From contig NC_068985.1 in the NCBI RefSeq assembly GCF_001194135.2, positions 42,828,871 to 42,892,870 on the forward strand: a DNA stretch of 64,000 nucleotides, read 5' to 3'. Shown here in pieces: positions 1 to 10,244 of this stretch. The stretch is from Octopus bimaculoides (taxonomy: Eukaryota). The notes beneath the pieces are model-generated. The model had not been told where the DNA came from. It did no database searches and saw only the letters and a list, made by a program, of their open reading frames with translations. Each line of letters starts with the position of its first letter. The first letter of the stretch is position 1. The translations under genes and the position numbers were made by a program.

Positions 1-429
1 AGAGATTATAAACTGTCCAACATGTATTCCTCAACTGCCTTCTCACAACAACCCTATTAATTAGGAGATTCTCAATATTCAGTCTATCTTAATTTATTTA
101 CACACTCCTTAGTATAATCTGCTAGAAATGGCAGCAAAATCTCCTTCAAAAATCCCATCATACACTTCCTATCATAGAAAAACAACACGAATATGCTAAA
201 AGAAATAAGCGAGATGGTTATGGTTGGAATGCTTTTACATAGATTTGTTTGATCCCAGCTGGCCCAGGATTAAATAATCACATTCATTCTATATCACAGA
301 CATAACTTTTATCATCATGGTAGCCTCCTAAGTTTGAGTAAAATGGTTCTGCAATGTCTTACTGAACAACCTGCATCGATAATTTGTTTATAGTGATGAA
401 GTGATCACTATAAACAATGTGCTGTACAT

Positions 430-612
430 TAGCTCACTCCCTCCATCAAATTGACATTGTATGAATAGGAGCATGGTGTGCCATACATCAGATATTGAAA
501 TGATTGCACAGCAATGAAAGACGAAGTGTTTTGTTCAAAACCACAACACATTGCCTGGTCTGGGAATCGAACCCACGATATCATGTTTGTGAGTGTAACA
601 CCCAAACCACAG
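430..612 (-). mobile_element. tRNA-derived SINE (family B), degraded
   Basis: Reverse complement gives a gtggtttgggtgttacactcacaaac...gggttcgattccc head and a ttttgaacaaaacacttc body, as in the copies at 7205 and 13490. Confidence 0.65.
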
Positions 613-1059
613 ACATTACTACTTACTGTTTAAATCTCCTTTAATTTCTACATACAGACCTTACCCCTATATAACACATTTAAAACCTACAAACCCTTGT
701 CATAAATAAGGCAGTATGTGTGTGTGTGTGTGATCAAAATGCTTTCTACAACGGAGACATGATAACTTGATATTGTTAAGAAATGTCACAACACCACTAT
801 TTCACATGTTAGCTTTAATCCTTGGTATTATATCAGATGTACAGAATATCATGGCACAAAATATGGTAAATGGTTTATTAGAAAATGTCACACTGTCTCA
901 GACTTCAAAAACGAAAACTAATCCCCCTACCTCACTTTTTTTTTAATATCATTATCTCAGAATATTATTTTCTGGTCTGGAATTAAAATTTTCTTAATAC
1001 TTTACAGAACTGAAAAGTTCTAAAACAACAAAAAAAAAAAATTAAATACAGCTCTTCTA

Positions 1060-1350
1060 GTTGTTGTTGCTTAACTCTAGTTCAATTTTAATCAAGGGCA
1101 TTCCAGCCATGGCCATCCCATCTTTTATTCATAGTGCATCTAAAACTACATTATTTAATGTTTTCTTCATTGTTGTAGTTGTTATTTGGTCCTTGGTTTA
1201 CACAGACCAAATAAATCCATGATCAAAGATACCCTGCCATAACCATAGGACTGCATTATCTAATGTGTCCCACCATTTTTTTTTAAAGCTGATGTAGAGT
1301 GATTTAAGGGAAATTTAAATACTATTTCTAGCAAATCAAATAACCACATG
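1060..1350 (+). repeat. Unclassified interspersed repeat (family E)
   Basis: Motif gatcaaaggcattccagccatgaccatccc...acattatccaatgtgtcc...gtgtgatttgagggaaatttg...ctatttctagca recurs near 10130, 17700, 18890-19360, 21160, 24530 and inverted near 120, 14450, 30000, 32580, 53350, 60300. Confidence 0.65.
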
Positions 1351-1439
1351 GAAATCCATTTATTATTTCATTTGGAAATAATGAAAATACAGAGAAAGAA
1401 ATAATAAACAATAGAGACGGTATGTAAATCAAAACTCAC

Positions 1440-1652
1440 AATTAGTTGTTGTCGGGCTTGATAGACACTTTCAATGGGTCCAGTTATGAAAACAGTCCCC
1501 TTCCGTAAAGGGCTTACATTATTGGGATCAGGAAAGTAAACACTGGCCCCTGTCCGTTGCATTATCTGTTTAATATTCACATCTCCACGACCAATCATGA
1601 ATAAATGGTGCTGAGGAGCAATTTCCAACTGCATACTGACAGTTAAACTTAC
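1440..1652 (-). CDS. BICC1: BICC1 coding exon (213 nt, phase 0/0), KH domain: VSLTVSMQLEIAPQHHLFMIGRGDVNIKQIMQRTGASVYFPDPNNVSPLRKGTVFITGPIESVYQARQQLI
   Basis: Acceptor ttctcctttag ends at 1653 and donor gtgagt starts at 1439 (minus strand). Translation matches the Bicaudal-C segment I recall as STQLDIAAQHHLFMMGRNGSNIKHIMQRTGAQIHFPDP...ARQYL. Confidence 0.95.
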
Positions 1653-2124
1653 CTAAAGGAGAAATATAGAGACATAATAGAACAATCATCATTATCATCA
1701 TCAACACTGCTATCATCACCATCAACACCACCACCACAATACTGTCACCATCATCATCCCCTCCACCAGTACTATCATTACCCTTACCACCATGGGAATA
1801 AATAGTACTAATCCATGATACCAGTAGTGATGTTAATGATATATTTAGTACAGGAAATATTCATAAGTTAATTAGTAGTAGTTCTGTAGTGAGGAAAAAA
1901 ATATCAATTAATGATTACTATCATTTTAAAGATTTTGGCAGCCATAGTTGACAATAATTGTCATGTTTCAGTGTTATTCTGATTCCGTCAGTGAAACAGA
2001 TTTCACTGTACTTGCTAAAAAGCTGTGATGGAAGAATCACTAAGATGGTACATTGGTAGATGTAAGAATATAGATTTGTTTAGAGATGATTAGGCACTGA
2101 ACAATTCGTGATTATTAAACTGAC

Positions 2125-2470
2125 ATATTAACCATCATGGTTATAGATCCAAAATAACATTAACCATCACAGCCACACTGCCAACATACCATTAATTATT
2201 ACAACCACGCCTCCAACAAGACATTAATCATCGTTGCCACAGCTCCAAAATGAAATATTAACCATCATGGTCACACCTCCGACATGATCTATTAACCATC
2301 ACAGCCATACACCAAAAATGACATAACCATTAAACTCACATCTCCAATATGATGCATTAACCATCATGGCCACACCTACAACATGACATAGTAACTGTCA
2401 TACTTAGCTCTCCTACATGACACATTAACCATCAAAGTTAGACCTCCAACATGACATATTAACCATCATA
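2125..2470. repeat. Degenerate ~33-35 bp minisatellite (attaaccatcatggccacacctccaacatgacat), about 10 units
   Basis: attaaccatca and cctccaacatgac recur periodically. Confidence 0.8.
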
Positions 2471-2509
2471 CCTGCACCTTCAAGATGATACAAAAGCTAT
2501 TATACTCAC

Positions 2510-2743
2510 ACCTCCAACATTATTCAACAAATGTTCCATGAGACGAGCTGTTGCTTCTTTCACCATTTTGGCATTATAGACAGAACCTCGCACTGTTATG
2601 ATGGTCATGTATGACCGAGGTTTCTGCTTAAAGCTTATCGTTACATTGTAAACCTTCTGTAAATGCACCAGGTGAGAGGAGGCTGGGTCTGCTAATGAAG
2701 GTGATAATGACATTTCAAATATGAATACCAGAGGGAGCAAGTC
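2510..2743 (-). CDS. BICC1: BICC1 coding exon (234 nt, phase 0/0), KH-like domain: DLLPLVFIFEMSLS...HLLNNVGG
   Basis: Acceptor ttttttttttattgcag, donor gtgagt at 2509-2504. 78 codons, similar to BICC1 ELLPLVLMFE...SFKQ...VRGS...VKE. In frame with both neighbouring exons. Confidence 0.95.
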
Positions 2744-3284
2744 CTGCAATAAAAAAAAAAGGAAAATACAGAGATTTAAGGTAAATTTAAGGCACAAGGC
2801 TTCAACAAGTGAAGAAAGATAAACCCCAGTACACAACTGGTACTTTATCTTATTGTCCCTGGTAGGATGAAAAACAAAATCAACTTTAGCAGGATTTAAA
2901 ATAAGATAGTAAGTAGCCGTAAATAAATATTAAAAAGATAAATACATATAAAACATAATTTTTTTTAATGTAAAGAAGGTTTAAAGTGCAGAGTTTACTT
3001 CCATATTTATAGCATTAAAATATTTCTTTCTCAATGGTAGTCTTCTATTCCAAGTGACATTCTCAGATGGATAATCTGGAGTCTCTAATGTTAGGTGAAT
3101 TGATATGTTTAGTAAAATGATAACACTACCCAAAAACACAATAGTAGTTTGGGAGTTAAGAGCCATAACAATGGTACCCAATAAACAGAAACCTTTGATT
3201 TTTTTTTATTTCTGTTAAAAGATGGAGATGATAGATTATTTCTGTTCATTTAAATGATACATGACATCATTCCTTTTAAAGATT

Positions 3285-4042
3285 AAGGTGACATCCACCT
3301 ATATAAAAGTTAACAGGTGACATTCATCTATATAAAGGTGACAGGTGACATTTGTCCATATAAAAGTGAGAGGTGACATTTGTCCATACAAAGGTGACAT
3401 CTGTCCATACAAAGGTGGCATCTGTCCCTACAAAGGTGACAGGTGGCATCTGTCCCTACAAAGGTGACAGGTGGCATCTGTCTATACAAAGGTGACAGAA
3501 GGCATCTGTCCATACAGAGGTGACAGGTGACATCTGTCCATACAAAGGTGACAAGTGGCATCTGTCCCTACAAAGGTGACAGGTGGCATCTGTCCCTACA
3601 AAGGTGACAGGTGGCATCTGTCCCTACAAAGGTGACAGGTGGCATCTGTCCATACAAAGGTGACAGGTGGTATCTGTCTATACAAAGGTGACAGGTGGCA
3701 TCTGTCCCTACAAAGGTGACAGGTGGCATCTATCTCTACAAAGGTGACAGGTGGCATCTGTCCATAGAAAGGTGACAGGTGGCATCTGTCTATACAAAGG
3801 TGACAGAAGGCATCTGTCCATACAGAGGTGACAGGTGACATCTGTCCATACAAAGGTGACAAGTGGCATCTGTCCCTACAAAGGTGACAGGTGGCATCTG
3901 TCCCTACAAAGGTGACAGGTGGCATCTGTCCATACAAAGGCGACAGGTGGCATCTGTCCATACAAAGGTGACATGGGTCTACATAAAGGTAACAGGTGAC
4001 AACTGGCCACATAAAAGTGACAGGTGGGAATTGTCCATATAA
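3285..4042. repeat. 28-bp minisatellite (tacaaaggtgacaggtggcatctgtccc), roughly 25 units
   Basis: Directly visible tandem array. It explains the ORFs at 3328-3561 and 3596-4012. Confidence 0.97.
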
Positions 4043-4195
4043 ATTTATAGGCTAAAGAGACCCATCTATCCAGTAAAAAATGAGGCCAAGGACTGAATCA
4101 ATTAACCAGTTAACTCATGAAGAATGACAAAAAGTTAATTATAGTTAATTAATTAGAGTAAATTAATTACAGTAGACAATATCATGTAACATTAC

Positions 4196-4249
4196 CCGAA
4201 TTTGGATACGAGCACTTTCCACTCCAGATGGTTGGCCAGCAATAGAAAC
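4196..4249 (-). CDS. BICC1: BICC1 coding exon (54 nt): VSIAGQPSGVESARIQIR
   Basis: Acceptor ttatccttcag, donor gtaatg. Near-identical to BICC1 VSIAGQPAGVESARVRIR. Not in the ORF track because it is too short. Confidence 0.95.
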
Positions 4250-4653
4250 CTGAAGGATAAATAATTAAAAAGTAATTAATGGATTAAATATATTGTAATG
4301 AGTTTGCATTGAGGCAGGTGTATATGCAATGTGTGCATGTGAGTGTATATGTGTGATACATACACACAGATATATATGTGTGTGCGTATAAATATATATA
4401 TATATTCACACACACGCACACAGACATACATATAGAGGGAGAAGGAAAGGGAATGAGAGGGAGAGAGGGAACATGTGAGTAGATGTGAGAGAAATAGAGA
4501 CAAGACATGTGTCAGTGTATGTAAGCATGGGTGTACGGAATTTCCTTGGAACTATTTGTCATTGGAAGTAATATTTGCCATGTAAATTCAAAGAACAAAG
4601 ATTCCTTTTAAAGTTTCAAAATGAAAATAGACATGTTTGTGAGTTACGATTAA

Positions 4654-5001
4654 AGAGTACAGATGGAAGTGATGCTTCAATGAGGCTCACTATCAGATAC
4701 AGCATATCTACCTATCAAGAACTTGGAAACACTGGACTTTGTAGTTCACCCAGATTAATCTAGCGAACTGAAATATGACTTATAAATAATCAGAAAATGG
4801 AGAGGCAAGAGTTATTCTACTAGCAATACATTGAATAAAAGTCATCCATGTTTTAACCCTTTGCCTGTCCAAAGCATTTTCATAAGTTTATCCTAAACAT
4901 CCATATTTGTTTCCAGACTTTTAATTAGCCCTAGCTTCATATGCTCCGAGTAATAAAAAGCTTTCCTTTCATAAGTCCTAACCTACTCTTGTGGTTGGAA
5001 A
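4654..5001 (+). repeat. 348-bp direct duplication, copy 1 (copy 2 at 6143-6490)
   Basis: Hand alignment gives about 15 mismatches and no gaps; offset 1489 bp. Confidence 0.92.
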
Positions 5002-5157
5002 TATTTTTTCTCCGTGTTTTTCTCCTTATTATTTCTGTTGAAGAGCGTAGCTCGAAACATTAAAGACTTTCTCTATTCCCGAGCGTTAAACTAATACATC
5101 CTTTTGTTGTTTACACCACCTGTCCTCGTCTGTTGTTGTTTTTTTTCGTAAATTCTC

Positions 5158-5160
<3 letters not shown>
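5002..5160 (+). mobile_element. Probable Penelope-like element terminal fragment, followed by (TA)n
   Basis: ctgttgaagagcgtagctcgaaac resembles the CTGATGA...CGAAAC motif of PLE pseudo-LTRs. The segment is CpG-rich relative to its flanks. Confidence 0.5.
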
Positions 5161-5218
<58 letters not shown>

Positions 5219-6142
5219 TATATACATATATAGATATATATATATATTCACATATACATATACATACATATATAGATATATGTTTGTGTGTGCGTGTGTG
5301 TGTGCTTATTAAACATATGCATGTAAATTTACATGCTTTTGTTTTATAAACACATTGTGCATGTGTATGTATGTGTTTGTGCATAAATGCTAAGAGTAAC
5401 ATCAAATATAGCAGATATGACTGGAGGTTTATTTTTGCTTAGCACAGCTAAAAATAGAAAGTTTTCACATCACCATAGGTTGGTAAAAAAATATTTTCGT
5501 TGCCATAGAAACAGTAAACTTCAGTCAACAGTTGAGTTTAGAAATATTATTAATAGCTTCATACAAGGCTATTTGGGAAATGATGGTACACGAACACATA
5601 CACACACATCACACACAGTCACAACCACACACAATCATACAATCTACAAGGCAGATCTTTCAAAGTCATCTGAAATTCATTAAGGACCTTACCTGTTGTG
5701 TAGACAGAAATTGTTGTGTAATATAGACAAGTTAGAAACAGCTGAGGAATAATCTTGCCAAATAAATTATTTTATCATTTTATTAGAGTAGTGTTAGTTA
5801 TCTTTGGACCGACATATGTCAATGAATTACTTAACCAAATATTTGGAGAAATCCACAATTCTATCACAGAATACATTGTGTTCACAGTTTAGTTCCAGAC
5901 TATGCTGGAATGAATGGCAAACCACAGAGACCCATTAATGAAGATGCACCATATTTTAATGTAGTTTGCAATTATGACAATTTAAGTGGAGAATCTAATT
6001 CACCCAACGTTTGGGTACATGTAGTGGAGACCACTCTGTTGTAAGCATATAAACTGTCTCTAGTTTTAATAAAACTCAGTAGCTTGATATACAACACAGC
6101 TTCCTATAGTACCATACCTTACATAATGCCACTGTTTGTCAG

Positions 6143-6490
6143 AGAGTACAAATGGAAGTGATGCTTCCATGAAGCTCACTATCAGATACATCATATCTAC
6201 CTGTTGAGGACTTGGAAACACTGGACTTTGTAGTTCACCCAGATTAATTTAGTGAACTAAAATATGACTTATAAATAATCAGAAAATGGAGAGGCAAGAG
6301 TTATTCTACTAGCAATACAGTGAATAAAAGTCATCCATGTTTTAACCCTTTGCCTGTCCAAAGCATTTTCATAAGTTTATCCTAAACATCCATATTTGTT
6401 TCCAGACTTTTAATTAGCCCTAGCTTCATATGCTCTGAGTAATAAAAAGCTTTCCTTTCATAAGTCCCAACTTACTCTTGTGGTTGGAAA
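6143..6490 (+). repeat. 348-bp direct duplication, copy 2
   Basis: About 96% identical to 4654-5001. Confidence 0.92.
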
Positions 6491-6789
6491 AAATTGGGTT
6501 GTGTATCATATATGATGTATGGACACCAGGGAAATATGCCTTGTGTATCCCATGTGATACACAGGACAAGCAAAGGGTAAATATAATATCAGTGGACTAC
6601 ATAAAATACAATATATCATCAAACACAGAACAGAGCTATAAATATTTACAACTGTAGCAAATATAGTAAAACAGAAAAAGAAATTTCAAATTAAGTTAGA
6701 TTCTCTTTGGAACATTAATATAAAACAGTGCAATTGGAATGATAATCAAGTATGATCATAGAGAATGTGAAAAATTAAAGACAACTCAC

Positions 6790-6951
6790 CTGGTTGCTTT
6801 TTTCTTGGACATTATTGCCACGATTAGAATCTGGGAAATGAATATGGCAGCCTGTTCCTTGCATGACTTTCTTGATGTTGTTACCACCTTTTCCAATAAC
6901 ATGAGAGTGGTCAGTGTGAGAGACATCCATTTTCAGTGTAACCCGATTACC
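6790..6951 (-). CDS. BICC1: BICC1 coding exon (162 nt), KH domain with canonical GKGG loop: GNRVTLKMDVSHTDHSHVIGKGGNNIKKVMQGTGCHIHFPDSNRGNNVQEKSNQ
   Basis: Acceptor tttcacactccag, donor gtgagt at 6789-6784. Hallmark BICC1 sequence. Confidence 0.97.
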
Positions 6952-7204
6952 CTGGAGTGTGAAATGATAAACAATATAATTCAGTTACCCCTTAAACCCC
7001 TTCTGTTGAAATACACTACCTTTGTTTCCATTAATTTTGAAAATAATGAAGGATTTAAGTAAATAACTATTATTAAGCTGGTGTTTGAAACAAATTAACA
7101 TGAAATTTTGATGGAAGATTTTAATTTAGATCAATTTAAAATTGGAAGTTTGTGTCATAGAACCAGAAGTTGTCTCAACAATTTGATATCAAAAGGTGAA
7201 ATGG

Positions 7205-7530
7205 TGAAGGCACATGGTTTGGGCTCACAATCATGAGGTAGTGAGTTCGATTCCTGGACAGGGCTGTGTGGTGTGTTCTTGAGCAAGACACTTTATTTCA
7301 TGTTGCTCCAGTTCACTCAGCTGTAGAAATGAGTTGCGACATCACTGGTGCCAAGTTGTATTGGCCTTTGCCTTTCCCTTGGATAACATTGGTGGCATTG
7401 AGAAAGGAGGCTGGGATGCATGGATGACTGTTGGTCTTCCATAGACAACCTTCCCCAGACTTGTGCCTCAGAGGGGAACTTTCTAGGGGCAATCCCATGA
7501 TCATTCATGACCAAGGGGGGTCTAAACCCT
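7205..7530 (+). mobile_element. tRNA-derived SINE (family B)
   Basis: B-box-like gagttcgattcc followed by ttcttgagcaagacactttatttca...ctccagttcactcagctg, shared with 13490-13800 and 35597-35810. Confidence 0.75.
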
Positions 7531-7779
7531 AATGTGAAATGAAAAAAAGTTTCTTTTTTTATGTGCTGGGTCAGAAGGAAGGGACAGTACGTATGGTCTT
7601 TTAAGGCCTTCCTAGACTAGTGAGATTGGTATCATTAATATTTCTCTTGAATTTTGTAAACCAACACCTACAAGAAAGCTATAAGCAAGAAGGAAATTCC
7701 AGAGGGCTAATGTTGTGGAAAGGAAGAACTAGGCAGAGTAATTAGTGTGCAGGGCTAGGAAAGGATTTGGACACAAAGG

Positions 7780-8250
7780 TGATGAGAGGAGGAGAGGCAA
7801 GTGGGATGAGAATGCCTGAGTGGAGGTGGCATGGGCTAAGTCAACTCTGAGGAGTCTAGGCTATTATAGTAGAAGTTGAAAAGGCAGAGAGAAGAAATAT
7901 AACAGCCTATGGCACATAAGCTGGAGTATGTTTGTGAACGACTTAATATCAATCAGTGGACATTGGCCCAGGATGTCTATGAGCAGCAGCATTGTCCCAG
8001 ACATGAGAGCAATACTCCATTGTAAGCTGCAACTGAGCTTTGTAGAGTATTCATTAATTATTGGATGCTAGAGTAGCTTCTGGTCCTGAAGAGAAGGACC
8101 AGTAATTAGGACGTAGTCCTAGATTTGTTAAGAATGCACTTTTACAAGGTGAGACCGTCAGTGATAGTGAAATCCAAAAGTTGGATAGATTTTGAGGGCT
8201 GTAGCTGAGTGCTGCTTATTAAGAGGGTGTCAGACAACGATGTTTTCATA
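7780..8250 (-). mobile_element. Degraded L2/CR1-type LINE, RT C-terminal region
   Basis: Minus-strand remnants ILYKAQLQLTMEYCSHVWDNA and SSLCLFNFYYNSLDSSELT*PMPPPL match the LYKAQIRPxLEYCSHxW and SLSLFYRY...SSEL...PP motifs. Confidence 0.75.
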
Positions 8251-9214
8251 ACATGAGTAGTATTTTTGTTTTGCTGCTGGATCTATTTTATGGACCCTTA
8301 CTGGTGGTCATTGTGGTTAATACGAACAGTATAATATATTTTAGGGTTGTTTTTAAAACTGAAAATACCAAAGGACTTTTCAGTGAACACATTTTACTGT
8401 CAGATACAACAATAGATATAATCTATCTTAAACCAACAATCTAATGAGGAGCTGTTCTAGTATTTCTTTAAATACTCCACATACTTAACATGCTTTCTCA
8501 GTTACCTTATTTACAACATTTATCTGATACCGACATAAGAAAAGCCACTAATGTTTTGTTGCCATTATTTATTTATCCTGTGTCTCTGTTTCTCACAGCC
8601 ACATTAACCCTTTTGGTATCAACCTGCTGGAGACTGCTCCTAGTTCTATGGTATAACTTACAGCTTGAAAGTGATCTAAATGAAAAACTTTCCATCAAAA
8701 TTCCATGTTAATTTATGTTCCAAAGACCAAGTCAGTAATCAAATTCTTTCATTATATTAAAAATTAAGTGAAACAAAAACAGTGTATTTCAACAAAAATA
8801 TGGTAACAAAATGGTTAAACTATTCTTTGTGGAGTATGTTCCCATATCATCATCATGTAACGTCCATTTTCCAAAGGTTATAAATTACAATATGATTTAT
8901 ATTGTCACCTGATGTCTCCATTTACCATTGTCTTTAGTTCTTGCTGCCATGTTTATGGTCACTTATTTGTAAGACCTAAGTATTTGATTTTTATTCTTAT
9001 ATTTTCCTTCAAACCTTGTTTTCTTATAGATAGAATTAATAGAATTATCATTAGTAGTAGTAGTAGTAGAGAGAATTTTTCAATTAGTTTCTATCTTCCT
9101 GTTTCCATATCAAATGAAATGGTTGTACTCCACTCCTCTTCTTACAAAGTCACCATCAAAATTACCACTACAAGCAACAATAAAGAGCTGTTATACATGT
9201 GAACACATACATAC

Positions 9215-9294
9215 CTTTGTATCTAAGATGCTCATTATTTTATCTTTGGCCACTTTGACATCATTTTGCATCCCAATTACCTTAATGTGAGGAT
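9215..9294 (-). CDS. BICC1: BICC1 coding exon (80 nt, phase 1/0): (D)PHIKVIGMQNDVKVAKDKIMSILDTK
   Basis: Acceptor tttgtttgtctttctag, donor gtatgt. The G from the previous exon plus AT forms the Asp of KKDPHIK. Confidence 0.95.
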
Positions 9295-9872
9295 CTAGAA
9301 AGACAAACAAAGAGACAATGCAATTACATATAATGTATCATAGAATAATTATAAACATGTAAATTTGTTTTATCAAACTGACTGTTGGACTGCTATAATA
9401 CAATAGCATACCCATGCTGCCAATAATGAAAGCAAATATATTTATTGCATTTAAATGTATTGAAAATGAAGCTACAACATAAAAAAAACTAAATTTACTT
9501 CTTAAGATAGATAGTTATAAGCTGTAATAGATTTTGTGCTGCATAAACTTGGTGAAGAGAAAAAAAAACATTTTTTCAGTTCAATATTTACTTTGACAGT
9601 TTACAAACATTATCCAAGGAATAACTGCAATAAAATTGTAATTATCTCACTTTGTGTGGCAGGAAATACAACAGCATTTATCATAAGAGTGATTGAACAT
9701 TAAATATCAAATATATTGGCCACTACAAGATATAAACCTCTTCTGTCAGTCTACGATGAATTAATGAATTAGGATATAAAAATATGAAGAGAACATTTGA
9801 TCTGATTGTTGTTGCTTAATCCCTGATTGAGAAGACCTGTGATCAACATTTTATTTTGCATATCAGGATATA

Positions 9873-10089
9873 TGAGGATTTGCTGAAAAGTTCCTGGTTT
9901 TGGCAAAAAGAAAATACAGGAGGATCAGTTAATTATGATTTTATTCACCATATTCCCCTCTCAGATTCACACACTTATTGCAGTGGTCCTTCAATTTTTC
10001 TACGCCCTGTAAAAGAACTTGGATGGTTGGGCCTCCAGCCAGGCCTTTCACGATACCCTTAAAGCCAGGAACTTTTCAGCACCCCCTTG
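9873..10089. mobile_element. Tc1/mariner-type MITE (217 bp)
   Basis: About 29-bp TIRs with a 17-bp perfect core tgctgaaaagttcctgg / ccaggaacttttcagca. TA flanks at 9871-72 and 10090-91. Confidence 0.85.
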
Positions 10090-10244
10090 TAAATTATTTA
10101 TTGTAATTTCCTTTATTTAATTTACTGGGGTGTGATTTGAAGGTGATTTCTAACAGGTCCACAGACCATGTAGCACCTCCCATCTTAGCGATACAATCAA
10201 GTCTCAATCAGGCCCAACCTAGGGTTAAACAACAACAGTTATTT

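Noticed and set aside
1368-1439. ORF tail VSFDLHTVSIVYYFFLCIFIISK (and similar extensions of ORF 2480-2836)
   Set aside because: Intronic read-through beyond GT donors or before AG acceptors. Homology stops at the splice sites.
3328-4012. Cys/His-rich repeat ORFs (77 and 138 aa) and a CRISPR-like look
   Set aside because: Translations of a 28-bp minisatellite. There are no unique spacers and the context is eukaryotic.
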